From: Bathycoccus prasinos
Lineage: Eukaryota
Reading direction: 5' to 3' (one strand)
NCBI GenBank assembly: GCA_002220235.1
Contig: FO082266.1
DNA: 32,000 nt
A program made the position numbers and the translations under genes. Shown here in pieces: positions 22,140-31,658 of the stretch (positions within the stretch are counted from its first letter, which is position 1; the number at the start of each line of letters is the position of its first letter). Below the pieces are notes generated by a model. The model was not told where the DNA came from. It worked only from the letters and a program-made list of their open reading frames with translations, and did not search any database.

Positions 22140-25031
22140 ATGAGCGGGAACAATAATAACCACCCGCGCGAGGACAAAGGAAGTGGAAGTGGCGCCGCTG
22201 GTTCTGGTTCTGGTTCCTCTTCGAATAATCGGAATTGGACGAACGAAGCGTTGCATTTCTCCAAAGGCTCCGTCAGGCTCCACGAGTTTCGGAACGCGTG
22301 GGAACGGACCATTCAAGACGCCAAGGCGAAGTTTATCGTCGTCGGGAACGAGAGCAACAACAACGCGACAAAAAGTTCGTCTTCTTCTAATTACGAGAGG
22401 AATCAACACACTTCCCCCGTTTGGGGTGGATTGCAAACGGCGTTCAGTTCGAGTTTTGAAAACGCCGCTCTCGACCGAGCGATATCGATGGAATCCATTC
22501 GAGAGTTGGCGAAGAGGACGGTACAGAAACCAATCAACGAAGGGTTGTTGAAAGTTGGAGATTCGCAGTTCATGGAAAAGTTTAAGCAACGAGCGGCGTC
22601 GTCGAATGTTGGGAATACCGCGGACGCGAGCGCGGTGACCGGCGGGTTGCGAAGGAGCGCGTCAAAGGCGGACGATTTGAACACGGACGCGAATAAGACG
22701 ATGTGGCCGTCGTCGCCATCGTCTGCTTCGAGTGGAAGGTTGAAAAGAAGTGATTCCAAGAATGGCGGCGGCGAGGAAGATGCGAATATTCAGAGTTTAA
22801 GCGGGAGGAGCTCGCCGTTTTCGTCGTCGCAAGATTTGAGCGCGATTATCGAGAAGAACGTCATGCCGAAAGTGAAGGATATCACGGAGAACATCACGAA
22901 GAATTTGCAAAGGCCGCCAGAAGGATGGGACGTGTTTAAAGCGGTGAGCAGTAGTAAACCGAAATCATCATCGGGAGGCGCCTCGACGCCCCATAACAGC
23001 AGTAGTAACAATAGTAGTAAAAATAAAAAGTTCACCTTTTCGGGATTGAGCTCGCGAAGGAGTTCGCAAGAGTCGTTGCGTTCGCTTTCCGATAACGAAA
23101 CAGATAACGACGGAGGAGGAGGTGATTTACAAGAAACGACGGGGGAATTTGACGACGTCGAATTGCGCGAAAAGTTCGGGAAGGTGACGTTACAAACCAC
23201 CAGAAGATTGTTACGCAAAGCGTCCTCGGAGGCGTTGGATACGTTGAAATCCAAATTTACGAACCCGAGCAGCAGCGGCACCGAAACGAAAGGGGAAACG
23301 AACAACGAAATGGTCGCGACGACAATAACGACGCCATTGAAAACAAAAGAAGGTGAAAGAGAACAGTTTTCTATCGTTGGCGGTAGTTCTGGTGGTAAAA
23401 AACAAGACGTCTCTACGCAAACGACATCTCCGCACGCGCCGCGATCGATCAAAGAACCCGGGAGAAAAGTCGCCATCGTCACCACCGCGACGCTGCCTTG
23501 GATGACGGGAACTGCGGTTAACCCGCTCTTACGCGCGGCGTATTTAGCCCGGCGCGGATTACACGAAGTCACCCTCGTTGTTCCGTTCATCCCCGTCGAC
23601 GAGCAGAAAACGTTGCATCCGAACAACGTCTTTGAGTCGCCGGAGCAACAAGAAACGTTCGTTCGAAACTGGGTAAAAGAACGATGCGGATTTGACGTTC
23701 CAAACTTAAAGTTGAACTTTTACCCGGGAAGATACGCGACGGATAAGATGAGCATTATCCCGGTAGGAGACGTTTCCTCTCACATTAAAAACTCCAACGA
23801 CGTCGCCGTTTTGGAGGAACCGGAACATTTGAACTGGTTCCACACCGGTCCGCGATGGAGCGATACGTTTGAACACGTCGTCGGGATTATTCACACGAAC
23901 TATTTGGATTACGTTCGTTTGGAAAATCACGGAAAAGTAAAAGAAAAGGCGTTAGGGTTCGTAAATTCAGTCGTTTCGAGAGTGCACTGTCACAAAGTCA
24001 TCAAACTTTCGGACGCCGTGCAAGAGTTTCCTAGGAGTTGCACGATGAACGTGCACGGGGTGAGTCCGGTGTTTTTAGACGTTGGCGCGTCGAAGGCGGC
24101 GGCAAAGAGAGTGCAGTTGATGCGCGAAGACGACGAGCTTCTCGATAACGTTGGTTTAACCAACAGTGAACCACAGTTTGCATCGATCACGTCGACAACG
24201 AAAGCCTCCTCGTCCTCGTCCTCTTTGTCCGCGGCGAAACGGAAAAAGAAGAAGGATATCAACAACAAGAACAACGAAACGAACGAGAACGAACGATCGG
24301 TTTTTACCAAAGGCGCGTACTTCCTCGGCAAAGTTGTTTGGGGTAAAGGCTACCACGAACTCCTCGATTGCGTCGAAAAACACAACGCGAACGCGGAATA
24401 CGGCCAAACCTGCCCCATCTCCATGGACGTGTACGGCAACGGCGAAGACTTGGAATCGGTCGAGCGAACCGCGATGGATAAAAAGTTACCTTTGAATTTC
24501 AAAGGACGCTTGGACCACGCGAATCCAACCGTCCACGATTATAAAATTTTCGTCAATCCTTCTTTGTCCGACGTGGTGGCAACCACCACGGCGGAAGCGT
24601 TAGCCATGGGTAAATTCGTCGTCTGCGCGAAGCACCCGAGCAACGAATTCTTCTCCTCCTTTCCAAACTGTTTGACGTACGGCAATCAGGAGGAGTTTTC
24701 GCAGTGCATGAAGAAAGCGTTCGACACGGAACCGAAACCGCTCTCGGCGGAAGACGCGTACCGATTAAGTTGGGAAGCGGCGACGGACCGGTTCTTAGAC
24801 GCCGCGGAGCTCGGGCCGGAGCACAAGGAGAAGCAGCCGGGACTCTCGAAAGTTTCCGAGTCGGTGGCGGCTTCCGCGTTTTACGCCTTGAACAACATCG
24901 AAGGCGTTCGACAAGCTTTGGGTGCGGGAAAAAACACGCACTCGATAGATGCGCCGGAAAAGTTAGATTCCAATTGGAAACCGGAAAAGTGGGAAGTCGC
25001 CGGATTAGCCTCCTCGACGAAGAAAAAGTAA
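22140..25031 (+). CDS. DGD1: Digalactosyldiacylglycerol (DGDG) synthase, DGD1-type, with a long Ser-rich N-terminal extension
   Basis: The GT4 catalytic part reads VAIVTTATLPWMTGTAVNPLLRAAYLA...LEEPEHLNWFH.G.RW...HVVGIIHTNYLDYV...KGAYFLGKVVWGKGYHELL...YKIFVNPSLSDVVATTTAEALAMGKFVVCAKHPSNEFF. It matches plant DGD1/DGD2 blocks, from memory. The track start at 22083 is TTG, and the first ATG is at 22140. Confidence 0.9.
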   Translation: MSGNNNNHPREDKGSGSGAAGSGSGSSSNNRNWTNEALHFSKGSVRLHEFRNAWERTIQDAKAKFIVVGNESNNNATKSSSSSNYERNQHTSPVWGGLQTAFSSSFENAALDRAISMESIRELAKRTVQKPINEGLLKVGDSQFMEKFKQRAASSNVGNTADASAVTGGLRRSASKADDLNTDANKTMWPSSPSSASSGRLKRSDSKNGGGEEDANIQSLSGRSSPFSSSQDLSAIIEKNVMPKVKDITENITKNLQRPPEGWDVFKAVSSSKPKSSSGGASTPHNSSSNNSSKNKKFTFSGLSSRRSSQESLRSLSDNETDNDGGGGDLQETTGEFDDVELREKFGKVTLQTTRRLLRKASSEALDTLKSKFTNPSSSGTETKGETNNEMVATTITTPLKTKEGEREQFSIVGGSSGGKKQDVSTQTTSPHAPRSIKEPGRKVAIVTTATLPWMTGTAVNPLLRAAYLARRGLHEVTLVVPFIPVDEQKTLHPNNVFESPEQQETFVRNWVKERCGFDVPNLKLNFYPGRYATDKMSIIPVGDVSSHIKNSNDVAVLEEPEHLNWFHTGPRWSDTFEHVVGIIHTNYLDYVRLENHGKVKEKALGFVNSVVSRVHCHKVIKLSDAVQEFPRSCTMNVHGVSPVFLDVGASKAAAKRVQLMREDDELLDNVGLTNSEPQFASITSTTKASSSSSSLSAAKRKKKKDINNKNNETNENERSVFTKGAYFLGKVVWGKGYHELLDCVEKHNANAEYGQTCPISMDVYGNGEDLESVERTAMDKKLPLNFKGRLDHANPTVHDYKIFVNPSLSDVVATTTAEALAMGKFVVCAKHPSNEFFSSFPNCLTYGNQEEFSQCMKKAFDTEPKPLSAEDAYRLSWEAATDRFLDAAELGPEHKEKQPGLSKVSESVAASAFYALNNIEGVRQALGAGKNTHSIDAPEKLDSNWKPEKWEVAGLASSTKKK

Positions 25032-25193
25032 ATCACGTTTTGGAGAAGAGAAAAGATAAACGCAAAAGGCGCATCGCCAGCGCTTTGCGCTGGCTGTTTA
25101 TTATCAAAGTAAACTGTTGTAAAATTATACACGCACGAGACGCTCTCAATATTATTATCATTAAACTACGTTACACGCTAAACCCCGCTATCA

Positions 25194-25841
25194 TCACAAA
25201 CCACTCATCGCGTTATCCTCCTCGTTCTTCTCCGAGCACTTCTTACATTCCTCCTCGTACTTCGGGTACGTCTTCTTACACGACTCGCACTGCACCAACG
25301 TCAACAAACCCGGATCTTTCGCGAACCTCTTCATCCTCCGCCAGTGCTCTTCCACTTTCGGCCGTTCTGCCAAGTATTTCCTCATCGAATTTCGTTTCCT
25401 CTCGCCGTTGTTTTCCATGATGAACATTTGTTTCTGCATCGCTCGTTTGTACTTATTTTTGTTCCTTTGCGGTTGGAAAGACCTTCCACCACATTTGCTC
25501 GAACTTTCTTTCGCTTTCACTTCCCGGTCCCATTTCTCTTTTCGGTGGAGTAAGAGGAACTTCCTGTCCGGGTCGTTTTTCTTCACGTCCTCGAGCTCTT
25601 CCACTCTGTCGTCGTACGGGTGTTCGTCCTTCGAGAGCATCGGCGGGCGGTACCCGCCGCGAGTGGTTTTCGAGGTTGCGTTCGGGCCTTGACGGTACGA
25701 ACGAATCTGATGATGCAAAGAAGACGAAGGTAAAGAAGAAGACGTGGTTTCGCCGCCTTCGCGAGTAAAAGAGGAGATCATTCGAGAGAGGAGCGTCGTC
25801 TGCGTCGTCGTTTTCGCGAGGCGAGTTCTGGATGACATCAT
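25194..25841 (-). CDS. Hypothetical basic protein with a C-terminal CxxC-x10-CxxC zinc ribbon. The N-terminus resembles a mitochondrial presequence. Any link to a mitoribosomal bL32-type protein is speculative.
   Basis: A 215-aa ORF with a true ATG. The C-terminus reads LVQCESCKKTYPKYEEECKKC, preceded by a basic stretch (ERKRNSMRKY). The N-terminus is MMSSRTRLAKTTTQTTLLSRM. Confidence 0.6.
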   Translation of the reverse strand: MMSSRTRLAKTTTQTTLLSRMISSFTREGGETTSSSLPSSSLHHQIRSYRQGPNATSKTTRGGYRPPMLSKDEHPYDDRVEELEDVKKNDPDRKFLLLHRKEKWDREVKAKESSSKCGGRSFQPQRNKNKYKRAMQKQMFIMENNGERKRNSMRKYLAERPKVEEHWRRMKRFAKDPGLLTLVQCESCKKTYPKYEEECKKCSEKNEEDNAMSGL

Positions 25842-25880
25842 CTTTGTTGTTTTTTACGCGTTCTTTTGCCCGGATGGAAA

Positions 25881-26273
25881 ATGACGAATTTCCCCAGAGT
25901 TCAAGACGCTTTGAACAAAGCAATGAACGAGGACGACTTCGAGGACGACGAAGCCGCATTCCTCCGCCTCTCCTCGCTCACCCCGGAGGAGCTTTCAAAA
26001 CACACCGCGAAATCTCGCGACGCGCTCGATCTTCGCTTGAAACGGTTGAGTTCTTTATACGAAAGCACGGAGTTGGAATTTAAGGAGATGGAACGAGTGA
26101 AGGAGAAGTTATTGGAAAACGTAAACAAGCTGCGAGAGATGACGAGAGAGGAGGGAGAGGAAGAGGAAGAGGAAGAGGAAGAGGACGGAGAGATTCAGAG
26201 GCTGGAGAGGCTGCTTTTGGAGGAGAAGGAGAAACAGAGGGCGATGATGACGACGACGTCTGATAAGAAGTGA
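25881..26273 (+). CDS. Hypothetical acidic coiled-coil protein (130 aa)
   Basis: The ORF has a heptad-like region (LRLKRLSSLYESTELEFKEMERVKEKLLENVNKLREM) and a poly-Glu run. The track start at 25866 is TTG, and the first ATG is at 25881. I recognise no family. Confidence 0.5.
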   Translation: MTNFPRVQDALNKAMNEDDFEDDEAAFLRLSSLTPEELSKHTAKSRDALDLRLKRLSSLYESTELEFKEMERVKEKLLENVNKLREMTREEGEEEEEEEEEDGEIQRLERLLLEEKEKQRAMMTTTSDKK

Positions 26274-26452
26274 AAGCAGAGTTTAAAGAGAAAGAGAAGC
26301 TTTGGTTGAGAGTAGAATGTACGATAATAATAGCAGTAGTGATCGTAGTAGTTTGTTTTAGGAGTAGCCGATTCATTCGCTAATAACGCGTGCCGCGATG
26401 ATTGTGACGTTGCCAAGACGTGCATTCTCGACGCGCCGAAAGTTTCTCTCTT

Positions 26453-27412
26453 TTATCGCTTCACCCACTGAAACGCCTTTCTCGCTTTCTTCAAACCGGG
26501 TTTTTTCCGCTCCACAATTCTCGAGTCTCGGGTCAAAAATCCAAGCGGTTTCAACTGCGCGCGAAAGGCCGGGTCGTAATTTTGTAAACTCCTCGCCACG
26601 CCTAAACGAGCGGCTTGACTTTGACCGCTCAAGCCGCCGCCGTGGACGAGGACGCGCACGTCGAACAATCCTAAAGTGTTCGTCGCCGCAAACGGCGCTA
26701 AGACGTGCTGCCGCAAACTGACGTCTTGGAAATACTCGTCCAGAGGTTTCCCATTGATGACGATTTCCCCGAACACTTCCTCCTCCTCCTCTGTCTCCTC
26801 CTCGTCTCCTGCTTTACTACCTTTCGCCGGAACAATCCTAACTTGCGCCACCGCCGTCTTCCTCTTCCCGGTCCCGACGCTCCCGCCGAATCGATCGATT
26901 TTCTTCACTCTGTTCATAGTTTGCTCCATTTGCTTTATCTTTTCTCTCTCTTGCCGTTTCTCCTTCTCTAAACTCTTCGCGTCTTGGTAAAAATGTTCCA
27001 GCGGCGGTAACCGATCCTCCGCTCTCGGTTCTTCCCTCTCTAAAACCAATGCCCTCAACTCTTCGATGATTTCTTTTTCCTCTTTCGTTTGCGTCTCCAA
27101 GTGCCTCTCGGCCGTTGGGTCGTTAAACTCGCCGTATAAAACGCCTTCCGGTATGTCGTCGATGTTGTTCGTGCCGTCTGGGATGTCCGAGGGAACTGGG
27201 ATGGCGATTTGTGAGCAGATCATCGCGAGGATTTCAGACTCTGAATGCGGGCGTTTTTTGCTCGATTTGGATGCAAAACGACGCGCTCGATGTGTGGTAT
27301 GCATCGCTTGAATCATCGTCGGTGGATTCGAGAAAGGAGGAACAGCGTTGCTCCCTTTACTGGTGGAAGCGAGGAGCGATCGCGCGATGCGTTTCGCGTT
27401 TTGTCGAAACAT
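26453..27412 (-). CDS. MRPS9: Mitochondrial ribosomal protein uS9 (S9), with a long N-terminal extension
   Basis: Carries the uS9 signature GTGKRKTAVAQVRI...INGKPLDEYF...FDVRVLVHGGGLSGQSQAARLGVARSL...GFLTRDSRIVERKKPGLKKARKAFQWVKR, ending in the typical ...KR. The start is a true ATG. Confidence 0.9.
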   Translation of the reverse strand: MFRQNAKRIARSLLASTSKGSNAVPPFSNPPTMIQAMHTTHRARRFASKSSKKRPHSESEILAMICSQIAIPVPSDIPDGTNNIDDIPEGVLYGEFNDPTAERHLETQTKEEKEIIEELRALVLEREEPRAEDRLPPLEHFYQDAKSLEKEKRQEREKIKQMEQTMNRVKKIDRFGGSVGTGKRKTAVAQVRIVPAKGSKAGDEEETEEEEEVFGEIVINGKPLDEYFQDVSLRQHVLAPFAATNTLGLFDVRVLVHGGGLSGQSQAARLGVARSLQNYDPAFRAQLKPLGFLTRDSRIVERKKPGLKKARKAFQWVKR

Positions 27413-27547
27413 TAGTAGTATTGGTGTTGATGTTATTTATAATGACGCATCGAAAGTAGAGAGGTCTTTTGAATGTTGGGCGGGATACGCATGCGGGGGG
27501 ACGAACGAGTACTAAGAGGTACTTAAATAATTATTTATTTCAAAGTT

Positions 27548-29134
27548 TCACGCTTTAAACGATTTACTCATCGTGGACGGCGATTTCATCAAGCCGTTTT
27601 TCTTCCTGTCTCTCCTCTTGTATCGAATTTTGCACGGATGTTTCGGGCCGACGACCATGCCTTCGTAATCGGGTTCGGGTAAGTCGCCGATTAAATCAAA
27701 CTCAAAGTTTCGAATCAACACGGACCAGATGGTTTTGATTTGCATGAAGGCGAAGGTTTCGCCCATGCATCCGTGTCGACCGGCGCCGAAGCCGATGTAC
27801 GAGGCGAACTTGTTTTCGTCCGATTTGAAGCGTTGCGGGTCGTAGGTGTTTGGGTTTTTGAAGACGGAGTCCATGCGATGGGCAAACGCCGGAGAGGTGG
27901 CGCAGATGTGGCCCTTCGGGACGGTGTATTTCTTACCGTCCGAAGTTTCCACGTCAAAGTTCACCTGCGCTTTTCTCAAAAGCATGATCAAAGGCGGGTG
28001 CATTCGCAACGCTTCCTTCACCGCAAAGTGTAACTCGTCCATTTCCGCCAACACGTCGAAATCAATCTTCGTGCCGTGTTTTTTCATGATTTTTTGCTGC
28101 TCTTGCTCGAGATACGGCATCACGCGTTCTTTATTCGCAATCGCGAGTAATCCAGTCCACGTGCTCGTGATGGAACTCGTGTGTTGCCCGGCGAACAACA
28201 CCGCGATCAACATCCCCAAAACTTGGTCGTTGGTCAACTTCGACCCGTCTTTATACCTGGCGTCGATGAACGTCTGCAACACGTCCGGCTCCAAACTCCC
28301 GCTCTCTCTTCTCGCTTGAATCACCTTGTCAAAAATCAACGCCAAATCTTTCCTCGCCTTATCTCTTTTCCTATGCGCTTCGATCGGCGCGTACGGGAAA
28401 AACACCGACAACGGCACCATCCCTTTATCCAAATCGTGCACCAACGCCGTCACCTCTGAAAACAAATTCTCGCGAATTTCTCTCCCGAGCAAACATCTAC
28501 TCGCTGTCAAAACGATCAGCTCGCTCAGAGAGTCCAACAAATCCACCTCGCCTTCGTCTCCCCACTTCTCGAAAAACGCATCCGCCTCTTTCACCATCAT
28601 CCCGACGTACGTTCTTAACCGCTCGCTCTTCAACGAATCCGCGAAAAACCGAAACTGTTCCGCTCGCGTCTGATGATCGACGTCAAAAACGACGCCTTTC
28701 CCGAACGTCGGCACGTTAAACTCGTACACTTCTTTCTGCGACATCTCCACATCCTTCGCTTTGAAGAAAAACTCGGAGACTTTCGGTCCGATCAAAAACG
28801 TGATTCGCTCGTGAAACACCGGCACGGTGAACACTTCCCCGTATTTCGGGAACGCTTTCGCCATCAGTTTCATCGGGCCTTTGAGAAACTCCAGCATCCC
28901 GCCGACGAGAGGGATTTTTAAACCGCCGTTCCACTCGATTAAAGGTGGCGTTTTCTTCGATTTGAAAACTTTACGCGTCAGAACGTCCAAAACGACCAAG
29001 AGAAGGAACACGATCAGCGATGCGATGGAAACGACGCAGACGCTCCAAAGGATAAAATCATTTCTCGTCGTCGCTACCACCGCTGCTGGTGTTTCTCGCT
29101 TGAAGAAAAAAACGAGAGGAGGCGTCGAAAACAT
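27548..29134 (-). CDS. CYP51: Sterol 14-alpha-demethylase (cytochrome P450 CYP51)
   Basis: Has an N-terminal membrane anchor, the CYP51-specific helix-I motif FAGQHTSSITSTW, and the heme-binding loop FGAGRHGCMGETFA. The substrate-recognition block YEFNVPTFGKGVVFDVD is also present. The start is a true ATG. Confidence 0.92.
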   Translation of the reverse strand: MFSTPPLVFFFKRETPAAVVATTRNDFILWSVCVVSIASLIVFLLLVVLDVLTRKVFKSKKTPPLIEWNGGLKIPLVGGMLEFLKGPMKLMAKAFPKYGEVFTVPVFHERITFLIGPKVSEFFFKAKDVEMSQKEVYEFNVPTFGKGVVFDVDHQTRAEQFRFFADSLKSERLRTYVGMMVKEADAFFEKWGDEGEVDLLDSLSELIVLTASRCLLGREIRENLFSEVTALVHDLDKGMVPLSVFFPYAPIEAHRKRDKARKDLALIFDKVIQARRESGSLEPDVLQTFIDARYKDGSKLTNDQVLGMLIAVLFAGQHTSSITSTWTGLLAIANKERVMPYLEQEQQKIMKKHGTKIDFDVLAEMDELHFAVKEALRMHPPLIMLLRKAQVNFDVETSDGKKYTVPKGHICATSPAFAHRMDSVFKNPNTYDPQRFKSDENKFASYIGFGAGRHGCMGETFAFMQIKTIWSVLIRNFEFDLIGDLPEPDYEGMVVGPKHPCKIRYKRRDRKKNGLMKSPSTMSKSFKA

Positions 29135-29270
29135 CGTCTTTCCTTCTTCTTCCTTCTCTTTCTCTAAATTTCTCTCGCACTCCTGCGCTTAAAGTCTTTG
29201 ATTCTGATGCGTCCAAATCTACGCTCGTCGAAGCAAAAACGCAAGACTTTTCAGAGAGAGTTTTGCAAAA

Positions 29271-29280
29271 TTTAGGGTTT
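29271..29280. promoter_or_regulatory. Telo-box / telomere-unit motif TTTAGGGTTT in the divergent CYP51/MATE promoter
   Basis: Read directly, 137 bp upstream of the CYP51 ATG. Confidence 0.45.
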
Positions 29281-29340
29281 ATGTAACGAGAACCCTGAGT
29301 CTGTAAGTGCTTACTCCTAAGTGCATATATTCTTACTACG

Positions 29341-29350
29341 AAACCCTAAA
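29341..29350. promoter_or_regulatory. Telo-box AAACCCTAAA, inverted relative to the copy at 29271-29280
   Basis: Read directly. It is the exact reverse complement of the copy at 29271-29280, with 60 bp between the two copies. Confidence 0.45.
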
Positions 29351-29684
29351 ATATATACTCTGTGAGTGCTTCGTTCTTACTCCTCAGTCTCTCTGTCGTA
29401 CTCTCCTCTCTTTTGCTCTTTTTGGCGTCGTTTGGGAAACGCGAGAGAAGAAAAAAAGCGTCAAACCAACTCGCACGTTTTGTGCATACTTTATTACTCT
29501 CTGTTCTGTTTAACGCGCATAGCATACTTTATTACTCTTTAAAGGTTGACGCGCAAACGCAGCGTTTGTCGATCGTCATCTTTTGAGGAGAGAGACGAGA
29601 GCTTTCTCCTGCGTATTTATTCCTCCTCCTTCCTGCGTCGTGTGTATGTGTTCGTCGTAGAGGGAAGACGTGAAAAGGATTCCG

Positions 29685-31658
29685 ATGGTGACGATATCGG
29701 TGCTTCCATCGTGGCAACACCAACGACGAAAGAGCTCGCCCTCGAGGAAAAGAGAGTGTGGTCGGAATCGTCGTCGCTCTTTGAACAAAGCGACGACGAC
29801 GTTTGGGAAGATGCTGTTTTTGCGTGTATTTAACGATGATGATGACGACGAGAAGAAGAGAAAGCAACAAAAAGTGATGATGAAACTGCACCAAACGCGA
29901 GGGGAGAAGCGCGGCGTTTTTGTATCATCACATCGAGGAGGAGTTTTAGGAGGAGTTTTAGGAGGAAAAAAGAGTAAGAGAAAGAAAGCGGCGGAGATGA
30001 CCGAGCGGACGATGACGAGCTATTACGACCGGTCCTCGCGAGGCGGGTTTCGGCCGGAAGATTTTTCGTCGGTGGACGAGGACGACGAAGAAGAAGAAGA
30101 CAAAGAAAAGCAGAGACGACGACGACGAAGACGACGACAGTCGGGCGAGAGCGCTTCGACGACCTCGTCTTCAACTTCGTCGTCGTCGTCGTCTGCGTTT
30201 ACGAACTTTTCCATGAAGATGATACTGGACGGCGAGGAGACGAAAGAGATATTCACGTTGGCGGTTCCCGCGCTGGGCGCGTTGTTAGCGGATCCGCTGA
30301 TGTCTTTGATCGACACGATGTTTGTCGGGAGAATCGGCGTGAACGAGTTAACCGCGCTCGGACCGAATGCGGCTATATTCCAAGTCATTTTTCAACTGTT
30401 TTCGTTTCTTTCCATCACGACGACTGGGATGGTCGCGAGACACTACGTGAAATTCAACGAAGGGTGCGAAATCGCAGAGTATAAAATTAGGAGGAGCGTG
30501 TCGATATCGCTGTTTTTCTCCGTCGCGTTTGGCATGGTCTCTTTGATCGCGTTGAATTGTTTCGCGAGCGATATTTTACGTCTAGTTGGAACGCCGGAAA
30601 GTTTGCTCGCGACGGCGGCGCCGTATTTGCGAATACGTGCTTTCGCGACGCCGTTCGTGTTGGCCTCCTATTGCGCGCAAGGCGCGTTTATTGGGAAATT
30701 AGACAGCAAAACGCCGTTGAGAATCTTCGCTTTCGCCGCGGTGCTCAACGTCTTCGGCGATTTCTTGCTCGTTCCTTCGTACGGCTTACGAGGTGCCGCG
30801 TTCGCGACGTTGTTCGCGCAGTGCGCTTCCGCAGTTCTGTTCTCCTCGCAACTCTTTGGGCAAAAGATGTTACCGAAAATAGGAAGTCCCGAGTGGAAGT
30901 CTCCGCCGACTGCGACGGAAATCCAACGCATCACCAAAGTCAGCTCGGCGCTCTTCTTTTCCTCAATCTGCCGCATGGGCGTGTACACGATGATGACCAC
31001 GACCGCTCTGCACCTAGGGAATGCCGTCATGGCCGCGCACCAAATAGCCTTGAACGTCTTTTGGTCGCTCACCTACTTCGTGGACCCGCTCTTCGTGGCC
31101 TCGACCTCCTTCATCGCCAGAGACTTTGAACGCGACGCGGAGAAAGCGAAAACCATCGCCAAAAAACTCCTCCTTCTTTCCTTCGCCGTCGGCGTCTTCA
31201 TCTCCATCGTCGCCTTCTTGGTCTCCGCGTTTGCCTCTGGAGCGTTCACCACGGACTTTTACGTCCAATCCTTGGTCCGATCGGTCTCTGTTTACATGCT
31301 CGTCTCCCAGTGCGTCTCGGCGGTGGTCTTTGTCAGCGAAGGCATCCTCATTGGCGCAGGCGACGCGCGATATTTACTCCGCGCGCACTTGCTCAACTTC
31401 CTCGCCCTCGCCGTCGTTTTACGAGGCGTTGGTCACTTCTCCTTGGGTTTACGAGGCATATGGTTCGCCGTCCTCACGAACCAAATATTTCGGTTGATGC
31501 AACACGCCAACCGAACGATGGTCGATAAAAACGGGCCGGACATTTTTTTACTCAACGGAAACGGAAAAGACTGCGGTGTTGGCGACGCCGCCGACCCCGA
31601 CGACGAGGATGATTCCGCAGAGGTGGACGTTCGAGCGACACCAACACCAACAACATAG
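29685..31658 (+). CDS. MATE (multidrug and toxic compound extrusion / DTX) family transporter with a charged low-complexity N-terminal extension
   Basis: The MATE N-lobe start reads EIFTLAVPALGALLADPLMSLIDTMFVGRIGVNELTALGPNAAIF, followed by about 12 hydrophobic helices. The track start at 29670 is GTG, and the first ATG is at 29685. Later ATGs (MLFLRV.., MTERTM..) are equally possible starts. Confidence 0.85.
   Translation: MVTISVLPSWQHQRRKSSPSRKRECGRNRRRSLNKATTTFGKMLFLRVFNDDDDDEKKRKQQKVMMKLHQTRGEKRGVFVSSHRGGVLGGVLGGKKSKRKKAAEMTERTMTSYYDRSSRGGFRPEDFSSVDEDDEEEEDKEKQRRRRRRRRQSGESASTTSSSTSSSSSSAFTNFSMKMILDGEETKEIFTLAVPALGALLADPLMSLIDTMFVGRIGVNELTALGPNAAIFQVIFQLFSFLSITTTGMVARHYVKFNEGCEIAEYKIRRSVSISLFFSVAFGMVSLIALNCFASDILRLVGTPESLLATAAPYLRIRAFATPFVLASYCAQGAFIGKLDSKTPLRIFAFAAVLNVFGDFLLVPSYGLRGAAFATLFAQCASAVLFSSQLFGQKMLPKIGSPEWKSPPTATEIQRITKVSSALFFSSICRMGVYTMMTTTALHLGNAVMAAHQIALNVFWSLTYFVDPLFVASTSFIARDFERDAEKAKTIAKKLLLLSFAVGVFISIVAFLVSAFASGAFTTDFYVQSLVRSVSVYMLVSQCVSAVVFVSEGILIGAGDARYLLRAHLLNFLALAVVLRGVGHFSLGLRGIWFAVLTNQIFRLMQHANRTMVDKNGPDIFLLNGNGKDCGVGDAADPDDEDDSAEVDVRATPTPTT

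Noticed and set aside
5111-29134. Possible functional clustering of plastid, lipid and redox genes (PTOX, DGD1, CYP51, DJ-1, MATE).
   Set aside because: These genes are interspersed with unrelated housekeeping genes for splicing, replication, cohesion, trafficking and the mitoribosome. They lie on both strands and share no common pathway. This is ordinary gene order in a compact genome, not a biosynthetic cluster.
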